Source: Peptococcaceae bacterium UBA7185 (GTDB lineage Bacteria; Bacillota; Peptococcia; Peptococcales; Peptococcaceae). From it: a stretch of DNA of 64,000 nucleotides. Where the stretch lies: contig DKVF01000031.1 of NCBI GenBank assembly GCA_002491065.1, forward strand, positions 19,946 to 83,945. Direction: 5' to 3'. The notes under the pieces were generated by a model. That model was not told the origin of the DNA and did no database searches. It saw only the letters and a program-made list of their open reading frames with translations. Within the stretch, counting starts at the first letter, position 1, and each line of letters opens with the position of its first letter. Positions 37,099 to 47,473 of the stretch are shown here, in pieces. The position numbers and the translations under genes were made by a program.

Positions 37099-37548
37099 AT
37101 GTCAGTAAAACAAATTTCCGTATTCTTGGAGACGACAACGGATGGATTGATGGAATTTACCAAGGTTTTGCAGGAAAGTGATATTGATATTCGTGCCTTT
37201 TCTATAGCAGAGGCACCGGATTTCAGTATTGCACGGGTAATTGTGGATGATTTTGAACGCACACAGGCTGCTTTAAAAATGGCGGGCTATGTGACATCGG
37301 TGACATCGGTGATGGCCGTTGCCATTCCTGACCGCGCAGGCGGTTTATATGAGGTGTTAAACAGCTTTACTGAGGCAGATATTAATGTGAAATATACTTA
37401 TGCTTTTACCGGACGGCAGAAGGGTTTGGCGTACAGAGTGTTCCGTGTAGATGATGAGGAAAAAGCCATTGCGGCTTTGCAGAAAAACCAGATACAGATT
37501 ATTGATCAGGAGGATTTGCATTGTTCCACAGAAGGCGGATGTCTGTAA
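37099..37548 (+). CDS. ACT-domain protein (small-molecule-binding regulatory fold)
   Basis: Two beta-alpha-beta-beta-alpha-beta-like halves (ISVFLETTTDGLMEFTKVL...; MAVAIPDRAGGLYEVLNSF). SD GAAGGAG precedes the start. Confidence 0.65.
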   Translation: MSVKQISVFLETTTDGLMEFTKVLQESDIDIRAFSIAEAPDFSIARVIVDDFERTQAALKMAGYVTSVTSVMAVAIPDRAGGLYEVLNSFTEADINVKYTYAFTGRQKGLAYRVFRVDDEEKAIAALQKNQIQIIDQEDLHCSTEGGCL

Positions 37549-37621
37549 GGTCTTGGGGAAAACGTAATATGGTAAATAAAACCGTTGTACGAGTAATCTG
37601 ATATATTCACTGTTATAAGTC

Positions 37622-37667
37622 AAACAGAGAAACAAATGATAAATCTTTTGTTTCTCTGTTTTTTTGT
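37622..37667 (+). terminator. Rho-independent terminator after the ACT-domain gene
   Basis: AAACAGAGAAACAAA, 10-nt loop, TTTGTTTCTCTGTTT followed by TTTTTT. Confidence 0.8.
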
Positions 37668-37820
37668 GAAGAAGTGAGCAAGCGGACATAGAAAAAATAT
37701 AAAAGGTTCGGCAAACCAAACAACCGGGGAGGTTTACATGCAAAGCATGGTAGTTTTAATGCTGAAAAAGAGACTGAATGGTTCGCTTTATGTGCGAGGC
37801 GCTTTTTATTTTTTTGACGC

Positions 37821-38987
37821 TCAATATGCTAATTTGTAAATGTTTAAGACATCTTTCCAGTGCAAAGGTTTTACGCCATGAATGGTATCTCCGTTTTTGG
37901 GGGCGCTTTTGGCCATGGTTTCCAGCATGGATTCAGGAATATTCAGTTCCCGCAATGTGGCAGGGATGCCTAAGGAAATGAAAAATTCTCTGGTTTTTTC
38001 AATGGCGGCGTTGGCAGTTCTCATAGCATCCCAGCTGCGCTCCAAATGCCAGACATTCCAGCCGTATTCGGCGAACATCTGTGCAGTGGAGTCGTCCAGA
38101 ATGTATTTCATCCAGGCCGGAGTGAGAATAGCCAGACCGGTGCCATGGGTGACATCGAAATAGGCGCTGAGAGCATGCTCCATTGCATGAACGCTCCAGG
38201 GACAATCTTTTCCGTTCTTCAACAAACCGTTGATTGCCAGGCTGGAGGCCCACATGAGATTGGCCCGCGCTTCATAATTTTCCGGTTCTTTTACAGCGAT
38301 AGGGCCATAGTGAATACAAGTCTGCAAAATGCCTTCCGCCAAACGATTGATAAGGAAGGCACCGTCATGCAGGGTAAAATAGCTCTCAAATACGTGACTC
38401 ATCATATCGGCAGTGCCTGCAGCTGTCTGCGCAGCGGGTACTGAGTAGGTATAAGTTGGGTCCAAAATGGAGAAACGGGGAATGAAATCAGGATGTCCCA
38501 CGCCGTATTTTAAGTTTTGCTCAGTGTTGGTGATGACAGCCATGGGGTCCATCTCTGAACCGGTGGCGGCTATGGTTAAAATCACGCCGATGGGCAATAC
38601 ATTTTGGCAGCGGGTGCTGTCTAAGACGATATCCCAGGGGTTTCCGTCATAATGGACGCTGCCAGCTACAACCTTAGCGCAGTCAATACTGCTGCCGCCG
38701 CCGACTGCCAGGATCAAATCAATATGATGGGCACGGCACAGCTCTACGCCGCGTATCACAGTTTCCAGACGCGGATTGGGCTCTACTCCCGATAATTCCC
38801 AAAAGGAAATATGTTCGGCGGCAAAGATGTCCATAATTTTTTGATATATGCCATTGCGTTTGATGCTACCGCCGCCGTAAACCAAGAGTACGCGGTTGCC
38901 GAAACGCTGTAGTTGATTTGCCAGCTGGGAGATTTGTCCTTCTCCAAAGAATAAATCTACAGGCATGTGATAGTGAAAATTTTTCAT
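37821..38987 (-). CDS. Iron-containing (group III) alcohol dehydrogenase, butanol dehydrogenase/YqhD-like
   Basis: LLVYGGGSIKRNG, AVGGGSSIDCAK and the metal-binding His pattern HAMEH...H. ATG 38987 is 6 nt after AGAGGTG. Confidence 0.88.
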   Translation of the reverse strand: MKNFHYHMPVDLFFGEGQISQLANQLQRFGNRVLLVYGGGSIKRNGIYQKIMDIFAAEHISFWELSGVEPNPRLETVIRGVELCRAHHIDLILAVGGGSSIDCAKVVAGSVHYDGNPWDIVLDSTRCQNVLPIGVILTIAATGSEMDPMAVITNTEQNLKYGVGHPDFIPRFSILDPTYTYSVPAAQTAAGTADMMSHVFESYFTLHDGAFLINRLAEGILQTCIHYGPIAVKEPENYEARANLMWASSLAINGLLKNGKDCPWSVHAMEHALSAYFDVTHGTGLAILTPAWMKYILDDSTAQMFAEYGWNVWHLERSWDAMRTANAAIEKTREFFISLGIPATLRELNIPESMLETMAKSAPKNGDTIHGVKPLHWKDVLNIYKLAY

Positions 38988-39105
38988 AGGAAGCACCTCT
39001 TCGTGAAATTCTAAAACAGTATAAATCTAGTATAGCAAAAAATCCTTGTCACTGCCAGTTCCTTGGAGTAAAATATACACAAATCATATTTTTCAGGAGG
39101 CGTTT

Positions 39106-39921
39106 ATGAGTTTTACAGATATTATAAAAGTGATTGTGCTGGGCTTTGTGCAGGGGATTACTGAGTGGCTGCCGGTAAGCAGCACAGGGCATTTGATTTT
39201 GTTTGATGCGTTTTTGCAGCTGCAGCAGTCGGAGGTGTTTGTGAATACCTTCTTTGTGGTTATTCAGCTGGGTTCTATTCTGGCGGTCATTGTGCTCTAT
39301 TTTGAAAAATTAAATCCCTTTTCCCGACACAAAAATTTTTTTGCCCGTCTGGAAACCATTGACTTATGGAAAAAAGTCATCGTGGCCGTCATCCCTGCGG
39401 CGGTGTTAGGGTTATTATTTGATGATATCATCAACGAGATGTTTTATAATCCTGTCACTGTAGCGGTGATGCTGATTGCCTACGGGATTTTATTTATTGT
39501 AATTGAAAACAGACGGCGTTATCCGACCTATCGGAGTTTGGAACAGCTGGATTACAGGACGGCAATTTTGATTGGCTGCTTTCAATCTCTGGCCTTAATT
39601 CCGGGGACATCCCGTTCAGGTGCCACGATTGTGGGCGCGTTGCTTTTGGGAACAGCTCGTCCGGTGGCTGCTGAGTTTTCTTTTTTCATGGCCATTCCTA
39701 CCATGCTGGGGGCCAGTGCGCTGAAGCTTTTGAAAGCTGGGCTGTCCTTTACCCTAGCAGAATGGGTCTTGCTTTTGCTGGGTTCAGTTGTGGCGTTTAT
39801 CGTTTCTGTGTTTGCCATCAGGTTTTTAATGAACTACATTCAGCGCCATGATTTCAAGGTGTTCGGCTATTATCGTATCATTTTAGGGTTGCTGTTGATT
39901 CTTTATTTTGTTATATTGTAG
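39106..39921 (+). CDS. uppP: Undecaprenyl-diphosphate phosphatase
   Basis: [20 protein letters not shown] and [14 protein letters not shown] 39106 follows CAGGAGG. Confidence 0.95.
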   Translation: MSFTDIIKVIVLGFVQGITEWLPVSSTGHLILFDAFLQLQQSEVFVNTFFVVIQLGSILAVIVLYFEKLNPFSRHKNFFARLETIDLWKKVIVAVIPAAVLGLLFDDIINEMFYNPVTVAVMLIAYGILFIVIENRRRYPTYRSLEQLDYRTAILIGCFQSLALIPGTSRSGATIVGALLLGTARPVAAEFSFFMAIPTMLGASALKLLKAGLSFTLAEWVLLLLGSVVAFIVSVFAIRFLMNYIQRHDFKVFGYYRIILGLLLILYFVIL

Positions 39922-39958
39922 AATAAGATAAATAAACTTGGGAAAGAGGATGGATTTT

Positions 39959-40987
39959 ATGGTAAAAGTAGATATTATTTCAGGGTTTCTGGGTGCAGGG
40001 AAAACGACGCTGATTCAGAAGCTACTAAAGGAAGCTTTGGCTGGTAAAAAGGTTGTACTCATTGAAAATGAGTTTGGTGAGATTGGCATTGACGGCGGAT
40101 TTTTACAGGAAAGCGGTGTGGAAATTCGTGAGATGAATTCGGGTTGTATTTGCTGCTCGCTGGTAGGTGATTTTAAGACTTCGCTGCAGGAAGTGCTGCA
40201 TACTTATACGCCGGAGAGGATTCTTATTGAGCCGTCAGGAGTGGGGAAGCTTTCAGAGGTGGTACAGGCTGTCTCCGGCGTAGACGCTGAAATCGCTATT
40301 TCTGGAAAAGTAACCGTAGTGGATGTCAACAAGTGTAAATTATATCTGAAAAATTTCGGCGAATTTTTCCTGGATCAGGTGAAGGAAGCAGATACCATTT
40401 TGCTGAGCCGTACCGGTTCTGCCAGTGCAGAGAAAATACAGCAGGCTGTGGATTTACTGCGTAGTCACAATGACCGTGCGTTGATTGTGACCACGCAGTG
40501 GGAACAGTTGGATGGGGAAGCGTTGCTGCAGGAAATGGAGCGGACAGTGGATTTGGCGGATACATTGCTGGCAGAAGTAAAAGAACATCATGACCATGTA
40601 CACCATCACGGTCATGAACATCATCACGATCATGGGGAACATTGCGATTGCGGTCATGAACACCATCACGATCATGGAGAACACTGCAGCTGCGGCCATG
40701 ATCATCACGCCGATGAAGTGTTTATGAGTTGGGGCATGGAAACGCCGGCAGTTTATGCGGAAGAGCAGGTAAAAGAAATGCTGCAGGCACTGGCGCAGGA
40801 AGAAACCTATGGGATTGTATTGCGCGCCAAGGGGATGCTGCCTGCCGCCGATAGCAGCTGGATTTATTTTGACTATGTGCCAGGCGAATGGGAACTTCGT
40901 CAGGGAAGTCCTGTTGTGACCGGAAAAATTTGTGTCATTGGTTCTGCTTTAAAACAGGATGCGCTGCAAAAATTATTCCGGGCATGA
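39959..40987 (+). CDS. COG0523 (CobW/ZigA/YciC-type) G3E GTPase metallochaperone with His/Cys-rich insert
   Basis: GFLGAGKTTLI (Walker A), ENEFGEIGID, the CxCC metal motif GCICCS, IEPSGV and a CobW_C-like C-terminus. The start is ATG 39959 (alternative ATG 39950). Confidence 0.88.
   Translation: MVKVDIISGFLGAGKTTLIQKLLKEALAGKKVVLIENEFGEIGIDGGFLQESGVEIREMNSGCICCSLVGDFKTSLQEVLHTYTPERILIEPSGVGKLSEVVQAVSGVDAEIAISGKVTVVDVNKCKLYLKNFGEFFLDQVKEADTILLSRTGSASAEKIQQAVDLLRSHNDRALIVTTQWEQLDGEALLQEMERTVDLADTLLAEVKEHHDHVHHHGHEHHHDHGEHCDCGHEHHHDHGEHCSCGHDHHADEVFMSWGMETPAVYAEEQVKEMLQALAQEETYGIVLRAKGMLPAADSSWIYFDYVPGEWELRQGSPVVTGKICVIGSALKQDALQKLFRA
40610..40708 (+). repeat. 2.3 tandem copies of a 42-nt unit encoding GHEHHHDHGEHC(D/S)C
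   Basis: Unit 1 is 40610-40651 and unit 2 is 40652-40693, differing at a few positions. A partial third copy spans 40694-40708. The repeat lies inside the COG0523 gene. Confidence 0.9.
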
Positions 40988-40998
40988 GGAAGGTGGAC

Positions 40999-41934
40999 AT
41001 GATGACGATTCCCGTATATTTTATCAATGGTTTTTTGGAAAGCGGCAAGACTGAGTTTATCAACTATACCATTGAGGAAGATTATTTCAAGATTGATGAG
41101 CTGACCTTGATTATTGCCTGCGAGGATGGGGAAGTGGAGTATGATCCGGAGGCACTGTACAATGGAAATGCGGTATTGGAGCGATTAGAGGCGGAGACAG
41201 ACTTTACGATAAAAAATTTGACTGCACTGGCCAAAAAACATGATCCCGAGCGGATTATTATCGAATATAACGGTATGTGGAATCCAAAAGATATTTTGTT
41301 GCCCCGCGATTGGCATATGGAGGAGCAGATTACCTTGATTGACGCCACAACCTTTCCAGTATATTATGCCAATATGAAATCCCGCATTGGGGAGATGGTG
41401 CGCAATGCCGATGTGGTTGTGTTCAACCGTTGTGACGGTGTAGAAGATTTACCTAGTTTTCGCCGCAGTATTCGGGCAGTGAATCAGTTTGGGGATATTA
41501 TCTTTGAGGATTCTTACGGGGAAATTGACGATTTAGGGGAAGAGGATTTACCCTATGACTTAGAAGAGCCCCATTTGACTTTGGAGGATCATACCTATGC
41601 TATCTGGTATCTGGATGCCATGGAACGGGCAGAACGTTATGTGGGAAAGACTGTGGAATTTGACGGTATGGTGATGCATGGCGAGGAATATCCAGAGGGC
41701 TGGTTCATTCCTGGACGCATTGCCATGGTTTGCTGCGAAGAGGATGTAGCCTTTCTGGGGTATCCCTGCTATTGGGAGAAGGAGAGTCAGTTGCGGGATC
41801 AGCAGTGGGTACATGTGAAGGCGCGTGTTGCAGTGGAGGAATGGTTTGAGTATGAAGGAGAAGGTCCAGTGCTGTATGTAGAATCACTGGAACGCTGTGA
41901 GCCGCCAGAACAATTGGTGATCAACATCAGCTAG
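40999..41934 (+). CDS. Divergent COG0523-like P-loop protein lacking CxCC, with a distinct Cys-Cys-containing C-terminal domain
   Basis: FINGFLESGKTEFI (Walker A-like) but no GCxCC. The C-terminus reads WFIPGRIAMVCCEEDVAFLGYPC. The start at ATG 40999 follows GAGGAAGGTGG. Confidence 0.65.
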   Translation: MMTIPVYFINGFLESGKTEFINYTIEEDYFKIDELTLIIACEDGEVEYDPEALYNGNAVLERLEAETDFTIKNLTALAKKHDPERIIIEYNGMWNPKDILLPRDWHMEEQITLIDATTFPVYYANMKSRIGEMVRNADVVVFNRCDGVEDLPSFRRSIRAVNQFGDIIFEDSYGEIDDLGEEDLPYDLEEPHLTLEDHTYAIWYLDAMERAERYVGKTVEFDGMVMHGEEYPEGWFIPGRIAMVCCEEDVAFLGYPCYWEKESQLRDQQWVHVKARVAVEEWFEYEGEGPVLYVESLERCEPPEQLVINIS

Positions 41935-41957
41935 AAAATAGAAAGGGGTTATGACCT

Positions 41958-42530
41958 GTGAGTAATACCATGGAATCTTTTTTGGAATACAATAGAAATT
42001 TTGTGGCGGATAAACAGTACGAGCACTATACAACCAGTAAGTATCCCGACCGCAATGTGGCCATTGTGGCTTGTATGGATACCAGGCTGACAGAATTATT
42101 GCCAGTGGCATTGGGGATTAAAAACGGCGATGTAAAACTGATTAAAAATGCTGGCGGTGTGGTGATGGCACCTTTCGGCAGTGTGATGCGCAGTCTCTTG
42201 GTAGCTGTATATGAGTTGGGCGTCACCGAGATTATGATTATCGGGCATTATGATTGCGGTGTGCAGCATATGGATGGTGATTTGATGCTGGAGCATATGC
42301 GCCAGCGGGGCATCAGCCAAAAGAGCATTGATTTCCTGGATTACTGTGGCTTTAGTGTGAAGAAATGGCTGACTGGTTTTTCCTGTGTGCAGGAGGCGGT
42401 ACAGCAAAGCGTGGAGTTGGTAAAGGATCATCCGTTATTGCCCAAGGATGTCGTGGTGGCCGGTTTTATTATGGACCCGGTTACCGGAAAACTGGATCGA
42501 GTAGAGGATGCACAGAAGGAAAAATTGTAA
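41958..42530 (+). CDS. Beta-class carbonic anhydrase
   Basis: The Zn-ligand and dyad motifs are VACMDTRL (C-x-D-x-R) and IGHYDCGV (H-x-x-C). The start is GTG 41958, 9 nt after GAAAGGGG. Confidence 0.85.
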   Translation: MSNTMESFLEYNRNFVADKQYEHYTTSKYPDRNVAIVACMDTRLTELLPVALGIKNGDVKLIKNAGGVVMAPFGSVMRSLLVAVYELGVTEIMIIGHYDCGVQHMDGDLMLEHMRQRGISQKSIDFLDYCGFSVKKWLTGFSCVQEAVQQSVELVKDHPLLPKDVVVAGFIMDPVTGKLDRVEDAQKEKL

Positions 42531-42552
42531 TTTATTTAAAAGAGCAAAACAA

Positions 42553-42577
42553 AGGGAGTGCAATCAATGCACTCCCT
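42553..42577. terminator. Bidirectional terminator between the carbonic anhydrase (+) and csp (-) genes
   Basis: AGGGAGTGCA-atcaa-TGCACTCCCT. It is followed by GTTTGTGTT on + and by TTGTTTTGCTCTTTT on -. Confidence 0.7.
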
Positions 42578-42629
42578 GTTTGTGTTCAAATCTTTAATAT
42601 ATATTAAAATCTAAGATATTAATTTACAA

Positions 42630-42827
42630 TTAAAGTTTAACAACATTAGCAGCCTGAGGACCTCTTGCGCCTTCAACTACTTCGAATTCAACTTCCTGGC
42701 CTTCGTCCAGGGTTTTGAAACCGTCTTGTTCAATAGCAGAAAAATGTACGAATACATCTTTACCGTCTTGACCTTCGATAAAACCATAACCTTTTTCTGC
42801 ATTAAACCATTTTACTTTACCCTGCAT
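42630..42827 (-). CDS. Cold-shock protein (CspA family)
   Basis: [32 protein letters not shown] contains the RNP1/RNP2 motifs (65 aa). The ORF-track start at 42866 is an extension. Confidence 0.95.
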   Translation of the reverse strand: MQGKVKWFNAEKGYGFIEGQDGKDVFVHFSAIEQDGFKTLDEGQEVEFEVVEGARGPQAANVVKL

Positions 42828-42881
42828 GTGAATCATCCTTTCAAGATAGATAGCATAGTTACACATCGTAACTACTTATCT

Positions 42882-42910
42882 ATTATAACGGTATCACAAA
42901 TAAATGGCAA
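42882..42910 (-). promoter_or_regulatory. Sigma-A type promoter of the csp gene
   Basis: Minus strand: TTGCCA (42910-42905), 17-nt spacer, TATAAT (42887-42882). Confidence 0.6.
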
Positions 42911-42960
42911 GGGCTTTTCAGTAATTTGTTAGAAAAATATTCAAAACCTCTGAAAAAACC

Positions 42961-43491
42961 TTAATCAAGGGTAGGCTGAATCAGACCATACTGGTTATCT
43001 TTCCGTTTGTATACTACATTGATGCTGTTAGTGGCTGCGTTCAGGAACACAAAGAAGTCATGCTCCAATAGCTCCATCTGCATAATAGCTTCTTCTTCAT
43101 CCATAGGTTTTACGACGAAGGTTTTGGTTTTAATTACTTTGCCATCTTCTTCTGCGGCAGCAGGAGCATCAGAAGGAACTTCATTGATGGTCTGTACTTT
43201 GCTCTTGCGGTTGATTTTAGTCTTATATTTGCGAATCTGCCGTTCCAGTTTGTCCACAACGCCATCAATGGATGCATACATATCATTGGTTTCATCTTCT
43301 GCCCGAAGAATGTAGCGGTTCAGAGGAATCATAGCTTCTGTGCGATGTAATCCTTTTTCAACGACTAATGTAACAGTGACATTCAAGTTAGCGTCCACAA
43401 AATATTTTTCAAGTTTAGCAAATCTTTTGTTGATATAGTCGGTTAATGGTTCTGTTACCTGAGTGTTTTTGGCTTTTATTGTGATTTTCAT
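42961..43491 (-). CDS. hpf: Ribosome hibernation-promoting factor (long form)
   Basis: MKITIKAKNTQVTEPLTDYINKRFAKLEKYF..., 176 aa, with a C-terminal dimerisation domain (FVVKPMDEEEAIMQMELLEHDFFVF). Confidence 0.92.
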   Translation of the reverse strand: MKITIKAKNTQVTEPLTDYINKRFAKLEKYFVDANLNVTVTLVVEKGLHRTEAMIPLNRYILRAEDETNDMYASIDGVVDKLERQIRKYKTKINRKSKVQTINEVPSDAPAAAEEDGKVIKTKTFVVKPMDEEEAIMQMELLEHDFFVFLNAATNSINVVYKRKDNQYGLIQPTLD

Positions 43492-43660
43492 AAATGCCAG
43501 CTCCTTTCGAGTTAAAAAATTGTGTCACAGACGGATAAAAAATATTTATCTGTTATTCATATTATGAACCATAAAGACGATTTTGTAAATGCTTTTTTTA
43601 AAAAAATATAAAAAAAGAAGGGCTACTTCTGTTGAAAAGGGAATTTATGTCTGAAAGATT

Positions 43661-43689
43661 GTTTCAAGATTAGATTGATTGTGATATAA
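43661..43689 (+). promoter_or_regulatory. Candidate extended -10 promoter for secA
   Basis: TGaTATAAT (43681-43689) with a weak -35 TTTCAA (43661-43666). Confidence 0.4.
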
Positions 43690-43758
43690 TATAAACTGCG
43701 AATAGTATGAAAAGCTCTGCCTGAACGCAGATGCAAATATATTGAGGAGGGCAATTAC

Positions 43759-46263
43759 GTGGCTTTTGAATTTTTGAGAGGGTATATTGAAAACAGTGAT
43801 ACGAAAAAAGATATAAAGAAGCTGCAGAAAGTTGTGGCGAAAATTAATGGCTTCACCGATGCGATTGCGCAGCTTTCCGATGAGCAGTTGCAGAGAAAGA
43901 CAACTGAATTTAAGGAACGTCTGGCAAAAGGGGAAACTTTGGATGATTTGCTGCCGGAGGCCTATGCTGTTGTGCGAGAGGCTTCGGATCGTGTGCTGGG
44001 GATGCGCCATTTTGATGTGCAGCTTATGGGCGGTGTCATTCTGCATCAAGGGCGTATTGCAGAGATGAAGACAGGGGAAGGGAAAACGCTGGTGGCTACG
44101 TTGCCGGTATATCTAAATGCCCTCACTGGGAAAGGAGTTCACGTGATTACCGTGAACGACTATCTGGCGACCCGCGACAGCGAACAGATGGGAAAACTCT
44201 ATAATTTTTTGGGTTTGAGCGTTGGCTTGATTGTACATGGTCTGGATTTTAACCAGAGAAAAGAAGCCTATAATGCCGATATTACCTATGGCACTAATAA
44301 TGAATACGGCTTTGACTATCTGCGGGATAATATGGTAATGCGTCCTGAAAACATGGTGCAGCGAGAACTGAACTTTGCCTTGGTGGATGAGGTGGATAGC
44401 ATCCTCATCGATGAAGCGAGAACACCGTTGATTATTTCCGGCGTAGCGGAGAAGCCGAAAGATTATTATACAATGGTTTCAAAGATTATTCCTCGTCTGC
44501 GGGCTGAGGTAGATTATACGGTGGACGAAAAAGCCAAAAACGTAACACTGACCGAAGAAGGAGTCAGTCATGTGGAACAACTGCTGGGAATCAATAATCT
44601 GGCTGATGAAACCAATATGGAATTGGCCCATCATGTAAATCAGGGATTGCGTGCCCATGTAATCATGAAGCGGGATCGGGATTATGTGGTAAAAGATGGA
44701 CAGGTCATCATAGTAGATGAATTTACCGGCCGTCTGATGTTTGGACGCCGTTACAGCGAAGGATTGCATCAAGCCATTGAGGCCAAGGAAGGCGTAAAAA
44801 TAGAAAAGGAATCACAGACTTTGGCTACTATTACCTTCCAGAATTATTTCCGCATGTATCACAAATTGGCGGGTATGACTGGTACAGCCAAGACAGAGGA
44901 AGATGAGTTTCGCAGCATCTACGGTATGGATGTGGTAATCATTCCAACCAACAAACCAGTGATTCGTGAGGACCGTCCCGATGTAGTGTACCGTACGCAA
45001 ATGGGAAAATATAATGCAATCGTAGAAAAAGTAGTGGAACGCTATGAAGCAGGGCAGCCTGTGTTGGTAGGTACCGTGTCCATTCAGATTTCCGAATTGA
45101 TCAGCGAGATGCTGAAGCGGCGGGGCATTCCCCATCAGGTGTTAAATGCCAAGTATCATGAAAAAGAAGCCGAGATTGTAGCACAGGCAGGGCAGAGGCA
45201 GACAGTAACCATCGCTACCAACATGGCAGGCCGTGGGACAGATATTGTGTTGGGCGAAGGCGTGAAGGACTTAGGCGGATTGTATATCATTGGCACAGAG
45301 CGGCATGAAGCCAGACGTATTGACAACCAGCTCCGTGGCCGTAGCGGACGTCAGGGTGATCCGGGCTTTACGCAGTTTTATATTTCGCTGGAAGACGATT
45401 TGATGCGTCGTTTTGGCTCGGATAATATTGCCGGTTTGATGGATAAAATCGGCATGGATGACGATATGCCCATTGAAAATAAGATGATTTCCAAGAGTAT
45501 TGAAACAGCACAGAAACGGGTAGAATCACGGAACTTTGAAATTCGTAAAAATGTGCTGGAATACGACAACGTCATGAACCAGCAGAGAGAAGTCATTTAT
45601 GCCCAGCGTCGTCAGGTGTTGATGGGCGAAAACATGAGCGCCAGCATCCAGGGAATGATTGAGTCTATTGCTACGGGAATTTTGGAGGAAATTTCAGCGG
45701 CAGGAAAATATCCTGAGGAATGGGACTTGGATTTGCTACAGCAACGTATGAATGAAGCATTTTTCTTACAGGCGCCATTGGATAAAGAAAAGATTTTGAA
45801 AATGGAAAAACAGGAAGTGGAAGCCTATTTGCATGAAATCGCTTTAAACCGCTATCATCAGCGGGAAGCCGAATTGGGTGCGGAACAGTTCCATGAAATA
45901 GAACGGCTCATCCTGTTGAAAAATGTAGATATCAAGTGGATGGAACATTTGGATGCGATGGATCAGCTGCGGCAAGGGATTAATCTGCGTGCTTATGCGC
46001 AGCGCAATCCTGTGGATGAGTACAAAAATGAAGCCTTCGACATGTTCCAGCAAATGATAGCGGAAATCCAGTATGAAACCATTCGGTTAATTTTCCGTGT
46101 GACCATTGTAGAAAAACCGCAAGAACGGACGGACATCTTGAACGCTTCCCACGGCGATGAGGAAGCAGTGAAGAAACCCAAGGTCAACAAAGAAAAAATA
46201 GGTCGCAATGACTTGTGCCCATGTGGGTCAGGGAAAAAGTACAAACATTGCTGTGGCAGATAA
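43759..46263 (+). CDS. secA: Preprotein translocase ATPase SecA
   Basis: [42 protein letters not shown] and a C-terminal zinc motif [17 protein letters not shown] 43759 is 8 nt after GAGGAGG. Confidence 0.97.
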   Translation: MAFEFLRGYIENSDTKKDIKKLQKVVAKINGFTDAIAQLSDEQLQRKTTEFKERLAKGETLDDLLPEAYAVVREASDRVLGMRHFDVQLMGGVILHQGRIAEMKTGEGKTLVATLPVYLNALTGKGVHVITVNDYLATRDSEQMGKLYNFLGLSVGLIVHGLDFNQRKEAYNADITYGTNNEYGFDYLRDNMVMRPENMVQRELNFALVDEVDSILIDEARTPLIISGVAEKPKDYYTMVSKIIPRLRAEVDYTVDEKAKNVTLTEEGVSHVEQLLGINNLADETNMELAHHVNQGLRAHVIMKRDRDYVVKDGQVIIVDEFTGRLMFGRRYSEGLHQAIEAKEGVKIEKESQTLATITFQNYFRMYHKLAGMTGTAKTEEDEFRSIYGMDVVIIPTNKPVIREDRPDVVYRTQMGKYNAIVEKVVERYEAGQPVLVGTVSIQISELISEMLKRRGIPHQVLNAKYHEKEAEIVAQAGQRQTVTIATNMAGRGTDIVLGEGVKDLGGLYIIGTERHEARRIDNQLRGRSGRQGDPGFTQFYISLEDDLMRRFGSDNIAGLMDKIGMDDDMPIENKMISKSIETAQKRVESRNFEIRKNVLEYDNVMNQQREVIYAQRRQVLMGENMSASIQGMIESIATGILEEISAAGKYPEEWDLDLLQQRMNEAFFLQAPLDKEKILKMEKQEVEAYLHEIALNRYHQREAELGAEQFHEIERLILLKNVDIKWMEHLDAMDQLRQGINLRAYAQRNPVDEYKNEAFDMFQQMIAEIQYETIRLIFRVTIVEKPQERTDILNASHGDEEAVKKPKVNKEKIGRNDLCPCGSGKKYKHCCGR

Positions 46264-46316
46264 GTGCTAACGATTATAAACTTGAAATAAGATTCATACA
46301 TGAGGAAGTGATTTTT

Positions 46317-47439
46317 GTGGATTTTGAAGTAAAAAAACAGTTAGAGGCAGCTCGCAAAATTCTCGAAGATTTGAGGGAGTCTCTTTGACTTTGCCGATAG
46401 AGAACGTCAGATTGCAGAATTAGAGAAAAAAATGGCAGAGCCGGATTTTTGGGATACGCCCGATGAAGCACAGCAGGTGATGCAGAAAATTACAGGTTTG
46501 CGCAGCAAAATTGAGCAGTTTAACGGTGTGAAAACCTTGGTAGAGGATGCCGAAACGTTATATGAGATGTGTAAGGAAATGGGTGAAGATGAGGAACTGC
46601 TGCAGGAAGCAGCCGATGCGACAGAAAAAGCCATGCAGGCTTTGGAGCAGATGGAGCTGGAAACCTTGCTCAACGGCAAATATGACCGCAACAATGCCAT
46701 TATTTCTATTCATCCTGGCGCTGGCGGTACCGAATCTCAGGATTGGGCCGATATGCTTTATCGGATGTATGTGCGCTGGGCAGAGCGGCATGGCTTTGGA
46801 GTAAATCTTTTAGATTATTTAGCTGGTGAAGAAGCAGGGATTAAGAGCGTGACGTTGCTGATCAAAGGGGAAAATGCCTTCGGCTATTTGAAAGCAGAAA
46901 AGGGCGTACATCGCTTGGTGCGGATTTCACCTTTTGATTCGGCAGGACGACGGCATACCTCCTTTACTGCGGTAGAAGTGATGCCAGAGGTAGAGCATGA
47001 CAATGACATTCAGATTGATGAAAAAGATTTGAAGGTGGATACGTATCGCTCTACAGGCGCAGGGGGACAGCACATCAACACCACAGATTCGGCGGTGCGC
47101 ATTACCCATATGCCCACCGGCATCGTCGTACAGTGTCAGAGCGAGCGGTCCCAGATTCAGAACAGAGCTACCTGCATGAAGATGTTGACTAGCCGTTTGG
47201 TAGAATTGAAAATCAAAGAACATGAACAGGAAATGGCTGCGCTGCAAGGAGAACAGCAAGATATCGGCTGGGGCAGTCAGATTCGTTCGTATGTATTTCA
47301 TCCCTACAGCATGGCGAAAGATCATCGCACCAACATTGAAAAAGGCAACATTCAGGCAGTGATGGATGGGGATATTGATGATTTCATTCAAGGCTATCTC
47401 AAGCAGCAGGCAGCAAGAGCCGTGCGCAAGGCGGAATGA
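46317..47439 (+). CDS. prfB: Peptide chain release factor 2 (two frames joined by programmed +1 frameshift at 46383-46389)
   Basis: Frame 0 runs GTG 46317..CTT 46385 (MDFEVKKQLEAARKILEDLRESL) and then meets TGA. The +1 frame from 46387 continues DFADRERQIAELEKKMAEPDFWD... It contains the SPF tripeptide motif (SPFDS) and GGQHINTT (GGQ). Confidence 0.93.
46374..46389 (+). other. RF2 autoregulatory +1 frameshift site
   Basis: AGGGAG (internal SD-like) TCT CTT TGA C. This is the canonical CUU-UGA-C slippery/stop context with correct spacing. Confidence 0.9.
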
Positions 47440-47473
47440 GCAGGAAAGATAGCTTGCAAGAGATAATTTTTGC

